Part shown: positions 27,069-32,000 of the stretch, one piece after another
Numbering within the stretch: the first letter of the stretch is position 1
How the letters are laid out: the number at the start of each line of letters is the position of its first letter
DNA from: Psychrobacter sp. HD31
GTDB taxonomy: Bacteria; Pseudomonadota; Gammaproteobacteria; Pseudomonadales; Moraxellaceae
Direction of reading: 5' to 3'
Assembly: GCF_051097895.1 (NCBI RefSeq)
Contig: NZ_CP142525.1
Location: forward strand, 1,680,001 to 1,712,000
Length of the DNA stretch: 32,000 nucleotides
Position numbers and translations under genes: made by a program
The notes under the pieces: model-generated
Database searches by the model: none
What the model was told of the DNA's origin: nothing
The model's input: only the letters and a program-made list of their open reading frames with translations

Positions 27069-28064
27069 TTATTGCTGTGACCAACAGTTACCATTTGGTT
27101 GGTCATTGATATTGACCCAAAAGCGTTTGTTATTGACTTGTGAGCCGATATTACCAAATGATTTAAAGTTCCAGTGTCGACCATTATGAAACTCTGCAAC
27201 TTCCCAGCCTTTACCAAATTCTTTTTCACAAACTTGGTTAGCCTTATAAAGTTTATCTAAACCGGCAGTTGCTGGTGCAATTGGTCGAGTGGTTGCAACC
27301 ACTTGTTTTGCCCATTGGTTATACTGATTAGGTGTAGACACTGAGGCAGGTTTATCTAAAGCGAGTTTTTTTCTGCACAAGATTGGTAATTTGGTTTTAC
27401 ACATGGTATCGCCTTTGTATGGGTTACATTCATTTGCGCCATTACTGTAACCACAGCCGACATGTACCACGCCAGTAATACCATCTACACCATGCTTACG
27501 CCATGTCATGCCTTTTTTATCCGATTCACAAGTTATTTGTAACTTGAGCAAGGCTGATTGAACTTTAGTATCATCCTGAACATAAAAACTAAAGCGTTGA
27601 TTGCTTGTTAAACTATTAAGCAGGTTCCTGCCATTAGGTAAGCTGGCTAAATTGTAGCTAAGGTTTTTGCTTTGGTTCATTGAATTGCTAGATGACCAAG
27701 GTCTCACAGAGTATATGCTTTGACCATTTTGTGCGATACCAAAACTATCGTTTGTTGGTATATTTCTTCCATTAGGTTTTATTCTGACATTAAATTTAGC
27801 ACCAGTGACAGAACAACCCTTTTTTACTTTAAAACGCATGGTTTCTAAAAACATACGGTCCATTTGAGAGTTGTTATATCCAGCAATCCATCGACCGTTA
27901 ACTTGCGAAGGGTAGTTCCATGTTTGCTGTGGAAAATCAGCTTGTAATGGTTGGGTAGTGCTACTGGCATTTTTCGATATGGTCTGTGTGGTTGTTTGAG
28001 CAAACACAGCAGCTGAAGAAAATGCAGAAACTAAAATGACTGTTTTTATTGCTAGTTTTTTCAT
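27069..28064 (-). CDS. Secreted hypothetical protein, 8 Cys in the mature part, family not recognised
   Basis: Sec signal MKKLAIKTVILVSAFSSAAVFA|QTT. It has a beta-rich N-terminal half bracketed by two Cys (KKGC...ITCE), a Cys-dense linker (GCGYSNGANECNPYKGDTMCKTKLPILC), and a C-terminal region ending ...CEKEFGKGWEVAEFHNGRHWNFKSFGN...RFWVNINDQPNGNCW. A strong terminator lies downstream. Confidence 0.7.
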   Translation of the reverse strand: MKKLAIKTVILVSAFSSAAVFAQTTTQTISKNASSTTQPLQADFPQQTWNYPSQVNGRWIAGYNNSQMDRMFLETMRFKVKKGCSVTGAKFNVRIKPNGRNIPTNDSFGIAQNGQSIYSVRPWSSSNSMNQSKNLSYNLASLPNGRNLLNSLTSNQRFSFYVQDDTKVQSALLKLQITCESDKKGMTWRKHGVDGITGVVHVGCGYSNGANECNPYKGDTMCKTKLPILCRKKLALDKPASVSTPNQYNQWAKQVVATTRPIAPATAGLDKLYKANQVCEKEFGKGWEVAEFHNGRHWNFKSFGNIGSQVNNKRFWVNINDQPNGNCWSQQ

Positions 28065-28165
28065 GGCAGTATTCCTTGTAAAGTGTTGTTTAATTGTTCG
28101 TTAAGTTAAGTCCTTCATTTCGATACCACTAGAATTTAATAATAATTTCAATCACATTTTCAGGT

Positions 28166-28185
28166 AACTGTAGATATCTACAGGT
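28166..28185. promoter_or_regulatory. Lux-box-like palindrome AACTGTAGATATCTACAGGT (perfect 16-bp core, 28168-28183); candidate LuxR-family operator for divergent promoters
   Basis: CTGTAGATATCTACAG is perfectly self-complementary. Its centre at 28175.5 is 111.5 bp from the ATG at 28064 (-) and 110.5 bp from the ATG at 28286 (+). GATAAT (28206-28211, + strand) and TATTAT (28144-28139, - strand) sit about 30-31 bp on either side. Confidence 0.5.
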
Positions 28186-28285
28186 AGGTCTGCTCATTCA
28201 AACATGATAATACTAGTTAGATTTAAATCTAAAAAATAATGTACACTAAAATCTATATCTGACAAAAATTAGGTAGCATGAAGGG

Positions 28286-30133
28286 ATGAAAAGACTACTT
28301 GTTTATATATGCTTAATGTTTATGGTATTAATTACTTGCTCATTTAGTTGGGCAGGTGGTACAAGTAAGGTATTGCCAAAATATTGGCAGTTTTATCAAA
28401 CCAATGACGCTAACTTGCATTACTCTGATGTTAAAGAAAGCAAATGGCAGCCTGTTGATGCGAGTAAGGTGTTAAGAACGAATCCCAAAAATGGAATTTA
28501 TGGCTGGTATCTCATTAATTTTGATATCGATGATGTTCATAATACAGATGATGAAATAAATGATCAGGTGTCACTATTTATTAGTAGAATCCGCCATGCT
28601 GATGAAACTTGGATAAATGGTAAAAAAATAGGCGGGGTTGGAAAAATTGAGAAACCTTGGGAGTTAATTGGTAATAATCCCAAAAACATGCCCAGAAAAT
28701 ACCCTGTCCCACGCAATCTACTAAAAAATGAAAATAACCTATTAGCGATAAAAGTGAGTCTCGGCTTTGCGAACTCTTGGGGAGCGATGCAGCCAGGCAG
28801 TGTGGGGCTTAATGCCAAAAGCATATTTTTTGCTAACAAAGCAGATGTCGATGCGTATTACCAAAAAACAGTGCTGCAAGATGTAATTTTTGATACATGT
28901 TTGATTCTGTTGAGTTTGGTTAACATGTTTATCATTATATTTTTATTTAGACGTTCTATTCATAATTTTAGAGAGTTTGGGTGGTTGTTTGTTGATAGCG
29001 TGGTGTTGTTGGGTAGTATTTTTTTGTTGGATATTACCAATGTATTAAAAATTTCGATTCCTTATAGTGGTTATCTGTTGATGTTGTCGATATTTCTGAC
29101 ACCACTCGTGGTTGCCATGTATTTTTGGTCAATGTATCAAAACATTCCCAAAAAACAGGTTACCGTCATTTTTTGCTTAGTGCTTTTTTGCTCTCTTTCT
29201 ATGTTTTTGCCTATTTTTTCTGAGGGGCAAAAACATGTCTTATGGATTAGTTGGTGTATATTCCATGCTTTTTTATTACTCTACAGTTTGTTATCGGCCG
29301 TCATTGGTGTAAAAAATAAAATGATAGGCGCAAGGGCACAGCTTTTTGGTATGGTTATTTTTATTTTTTCAATTCGTACACAATGGTTACCAACTGACCT
29401 TTTTACGCATAGAAATGTTGTGATTGGTTCACTGATTATGCGCTATGCTTTTTTGTTTTCTTATTTTCAGCGCATCAATCAAATGAGCTATGATTATAAG
29501 CGTTTATCACAACATTTACTTTCGACCATTGAGCAACATAAACAAAACATTGCCAGAGACTTGCATGATGACTTAGGGCAACGTTTATCAGCGATAAAGT
29601 TACGAATGCTGTTGCTGTCTGGTGACAATAAGCAAGCGTCTATAAACTACATTAAAGATGAAGTAGATGCTACCATGGGTGCTGTACGTGAATTAATGCA
29701 AGGGTTACATCCGTTTGTACTTGAAGAACATGGCTTTGCAACCGCATTAAAAGTCGAGTCGCAGCGGATTGCTAAGCTTTATAATGTCGATATCTCATTG
29801 CAGGCAGAAGATATTGAATTAGATTTTGAGAATAAAAAACATCTTTTTAGAATTTTTCAAGAAACCGTTAATAATGCAATAAAGCATGGGCAGGCCAAGC
29901 ATATACAAGTTAAATTGTATATGAAAAAGCAGAGACTATTTTTTACGGTAGTAGATGATGGCGTTGGTTTTAGTGTTAATGTTAATGATTCGCACATTGC
30001 TGGCAGAGGATTTGGATTGATTAGCTTAAAAGAAAGAGTCGCGATTTTGGATGGGCATCTTTTTATTACGTCGCAGTTAAATCAAGGTTGTAAAGTTAAA
30101 ATATGGTTACCGATATCCTCAACGAGTCACTAA
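28286..30133 (+). CDS. Sensor histidine kinase, 7TMR-DISM-type (galactose-binding-like periplasmic domain + 7 TM + HisKA_3 + HATPase_c)
   Basis: Signal/TM1 LLVYICLMFMVLITCSFSWA. The periplasmic domain has a GH2-N/7TMR-DISMED2-like pattern (GWYLINFDI...LFISRIRHADETWINGKKIGG...NNLLAIKV). About seven hydrophobic segments follow. H-box IARDLHDDLGQRLSAIK, N-box ETVNNAIKHGQA, G-boxes VVDDGVGF and GRGFGLISLKERV. Confidence 0.85.
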   Translation: MKRLLVYICLMFMVLITCSFSWAGGTSKVLPKYWQFYQTNDANLHYSDVKESKWQPVDASKVLRTNPKNGIYGWYLINFDIDDVHNTDDEINDQVSLFISRIRHADETWINGKKIGGVGKIEKPWELIGNNPKNMPRKYPVPRNLLKNENNLLAIKVSLGFANSWGAMQPGSVGLNAKSIFFANKADVDAYYQKTVLQDVIFDTCLILLSLVNMFIIIFLFRRSIHNFREFGWLFVDSVVLLGSIFLLDITNVLKISIPYSGYLLMLSIFLTPLVVAMYFWSMYQNIPKKQVTVIFCLVLFCSLSMFLPIFSEGQKHVLWISWCIFHAFLLLYSLLSAVIGVKNKMIGARAQLFGMVIFIFSIRTQWLPTDLFTHRNVVIGSLIMRYAFLFSYFQRINQMSYDYKRLSQHLLSTIEQHKQNIARDLHDDLGQRLSAIKLRMLLLSGDNKQASINYIKDEVDATMGAVRELMQGLHPFVLEEHGFATALKVESQRIAKLYNVDISLQAEDIELDFENKKHLFRIFQETVNNAIKHGQAKHIQVKLYMKKQRLFFTVVDDGVGFSVNVNDSHIAGRGFGLISLKERVAILDGHLFITSQLNQGCKVKIWLPISSTSH

Positions 30134-30152
30134 GGACAACTGACTCGTTGAG
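30118..30152. terminator. Perfect 12-bp hairpin spanning the kinase stop codon, between the convergent kinase and regulator genes
   Basis: CTCAACGAGTCA (30118-30129), an 11-nt loop containing the TAA at 30131-30133, and TGACTCGTTGAG (30141-30152). No clear U tract on either side. Confidence 0.45.
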
Positions 30153-30163
30153 ACATTGTATAA

Positions 30164-30793
30164 TTATATGATCTGATTTTTTATGGCAAAGGTTACGGCT
30201 TGCGTACGGTTTGATACACCAAGCTTTACAAAACAGTTGGCTAGATGAAAACATACCGTTCTTTCAGTGATGCCCAGTTGATGGGCAATTTGCTTATTTA
30301 AGTCGCCATTAATAATACATTTAAGGATTTCCCGTTCACGGTTAGTAAGCTTAATATCTGTGGAATGATTTTGTAACTCGCTAACGGTTTCTATTAAGAA
30401 CGGAGAAATAAACTGACCGCCAGAGTTTACCTCTTGAATGGCTTCTAGCAAATCTTCAAAGGCATTGTCTTTTACAACATAACCATTTAATCCCAGTTGT
30501 AATAGTTGGTTTGCTCGATAGGCATCATTGAGCATGGTTAAAGCAATGACCTTGGTATCCATCTGATTATCTTCAATAAATAGAATGAGCTCATCAATAG
30601 ACGTGCCTGGCATTGATAAATCTACTAATGCAACATCAGGTTGGAAGGTTTTTATTAATGACAAAGTATCTGAACCATTATTGGCACTGCCTTGCAGCTC
30701 TGTCCATGGTAGTTTATCAAACAACACGCTTAGCCCATCTAAAAATATTTGATGGTCGTCTGCAACAATAAGCGTGATAAGAGAGTGACACAT
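30164..30793 (-). CDS. NarL/FixJ-family response regulator (REC + LuxR/GerE HTH)
   Basis: REC residues are intact (IVADDH, VALVDLSMPG, VIALT, YVVKD). The C-terminal LuxR HTH is LTNREREILKCIINGDLNKQIAHQLGITERTVCFHLANCFVKLGVSNRTQAV. Confidence 0.88.
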   Translation of the reverse strand: MCHSLITLIVADDHQIFLDGLSVLFDKLPWTELQGSANNGSDTLSLIKTFQPDVALVDLSMPGTSIDELILFIEDNQMDTKVIALTMLNDAYRANQLLQLGLNGYVVKDNAFEDLLEAIQEVNSGGQFISPFLIETVSELQNHSTDIKLTNREREILKCIINGDLNKQIAHQLGITERTVCFHLANCFVKLGVSNRTQAVTFAIKNQII

Positions 30794-31062
30794 TGCAAAG
30801 ATACTTTTGGTTGTTATGGTTAATGTAACGCTAAAATCAATTTGCAGCGTTTAAGTGTTAGTTAAAGAAATTTAAAGTGGTATAGCAAGTTATTAATAAT
30901 ACTGGAGATAATTAATTAATCTTAATCTCTTTTATCCTATCACATGCGTGAATAGCTTGTATAATTATCCCTTAAAATAATACGGCCGTTATTTAATAGT
31001 GGTTATTTAAGCAAAAGATACTCAAGAATTTTTTGATAAGATAGGCTTAGTGGTTCAAACTT

Positions 31063-31974
31063 TTAAGCCAATATGACCAAAACTGCCCCAATTACAATCA
31101 GCATTAGCCCTAGATAATCATTTCTACCAAGGTTTTCTTTAAACCACCATACCGAGATGGCAAGTGTAAAGAGTACCTCAATTTGCCCTAATGTTTTCAC
31201 CAAAGCCACACTTTGCAGGCTCATAGCGGTAAACCAACCAACAGAACCCAAGAAACTAAATAGGCTAACTAAAGCGGTTAGTTTTTTTCTTTTATATAAC
31301 ATTTTAAGTGTATGAGCATCAGTAATGGCTAAATAAGTTGTTAATAACAGGGTTTGTATAAATAAAACAAAAAATAACGTCCAACTGGCACTGATGACAA
31401 AGTTTTGTCCAAAGTCATGACGCAAGATGAGGGATGACTCACGAATAAATAAAGAACACAGGGCAAAAAACAGACCACTGGCTAATCCAATAGCAATTGT
31501 TTTTATAGAGAGTTGGCTGTCATTTTTGGATTGGGGATTATGGCTAAGGCTCATTAACCAAACAGCAATACCACCAATGATAACCCCCAGTAATGCGGTT
31601 GAAGATAAAGGTGCAGCAAAAAATATTGCCCCTAATGTTGCTGCAATTACGGCTTCACTTTTTGCAAGCCCAACGCCAATGGCATAGTTACGGGTTTTAA
31701 ATAGCATAACCATAAAGATAGTTGCCATAATTTGGGTAATGGCAGCAATAAAGATATAACTAAAAAATTTTGTTGAGAACTTGGGTATACTAGCAGAGGG
31801 ATAATACTGATATAGGCACCACAAGTAAATGACCGCGAGCGGCAAAGCAACAATAAAGCGGGCCAGAGTGACACCCGTGGTATTAACAGAGTGGCGTAGC
31901 TCTTTTTGCAGTGCATTCCTCCATGACTGCATAAAAGCTGCCATAATAGTAAATGGTATCCATAAAAGGCTCAT
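31063..31974 (-). CDS. EamA/DMT-superfamily transporter (10 TM)
   Basis: 303 aa in two halves, each with about five hydrophobic segments. The EamA-like N-terminus is IPFTIMAAFMQSWRNALQKEL. Substrate unknown. No obvious SD before the ATG. Confidence 0.7.
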   Translation of the reverse strand: MSLLWIPFTIMAAFMQSWRNALQKELRHSVNTTGVTLARFIVALPLAVIYLWCLYQYYPSASIPKFSTKFFSYIFIAAITQIMATIFMVMLFKTRNYAIGVGLAKSEAVIAATLGAIFFAAPLSSTALLGVIIGGIAVWLMSLSHNPQSKNDSQLSIKTIAIGLASGLFFALCSLFIRESSLILRHDFGQNFVISASWTLFFVLFIQTLLLTTYLAITDAHTLKMLYKRKKLTALVSLFSFLGSVGWFTAMSLQSVALVKTLGQIEVLFTLAISVWWFKENLGRNDYLGLMLIVIGAVLVILA

Positions 31975-32000
31975 TGTGTTAATCCAGCGTTGTGATTGGT

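Noticed and set aside
27069-28064. Assigning the secreted protein's C-terminal half to a C-type-lectin or endostatin-like fold.
   Set aside because: The idea rests only on loose resemblance of a few Trp/Cys-containing motifs. The order of the motifs does not match, and I cannot verify it without structure or profile tools. I keep it as speculation only.
1-32000. Looked for CRISPR repeats, IS elements or transposases, integrases, tRNA/tmRNA genes, prophage genes, toxin-antitoxin pairs and known defence-system signatures.
   Set aside because: I saw no regularly spaced repeats, no DDE or tyrosine-recombinase-like ORF, no tRNA-like T-arm sequence in the intergenic regions, and no paired small ORFs. 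The accessory-looking 27-31 kb block has no detectable flanking direct repeats or mobility genes, so I make no mobile-element call.

Overview
This 32-kb window looks like a chromosomal segment of a low-GC gammaproteobacterium. The gene set and protein sequences look Moraxellaceae-like, but I cannot fix the genus by eye. I support 26 protein-coding genes. I saw no rRNA, tRNA, CRISPR array, transposase, integrase or phage genes.

Most of the window is housekeeping:
- tex, whose 5' end lies outside the window
- a small YjdJ-type GNAT
- ettA
- a small membrane protein translationally coupled to a sodium:solute symporter
- plsB and tesB, divergently transcribed
- cydD and cydC, interrupted by an embedded GNAT
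- an FKBP lipoprotein
- hisA
- a complete nqrABCDEF operon

Four regions deserve a second look:
1. 27.0-30.8 kb holds an AT-rich three-gene module between the nqrF terminator and an EamA transporter. It contains an unassignable secreted protein with 8 cysteines, a 7TM sensor kinase with a carbohydrate-binding-like periplasmic domain, and a convergent NarL/LuxR-type response regulator. A near-perfect 20-bp lux-box-like palindrome sits midway between the secreted-protein gene and the kinase gene.
2. 15.0-16.8 kb holds an operon of a cysteine-free ACR3/BASS-like permease, a NifX/NifB-like small protein and a single-domain rhodanese.
3. cydD, a GNAT and cydC appear to form one operon, and CydD carries a Lys-rich insertion encoded by A6/A7 tracts.
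4. 18.0-19.5 kb encodes a 486-aa membrane protein built from five tandem two-helix modules with no MscS domain.

All functional calls rest on motif recognition by eye. No database search was run.
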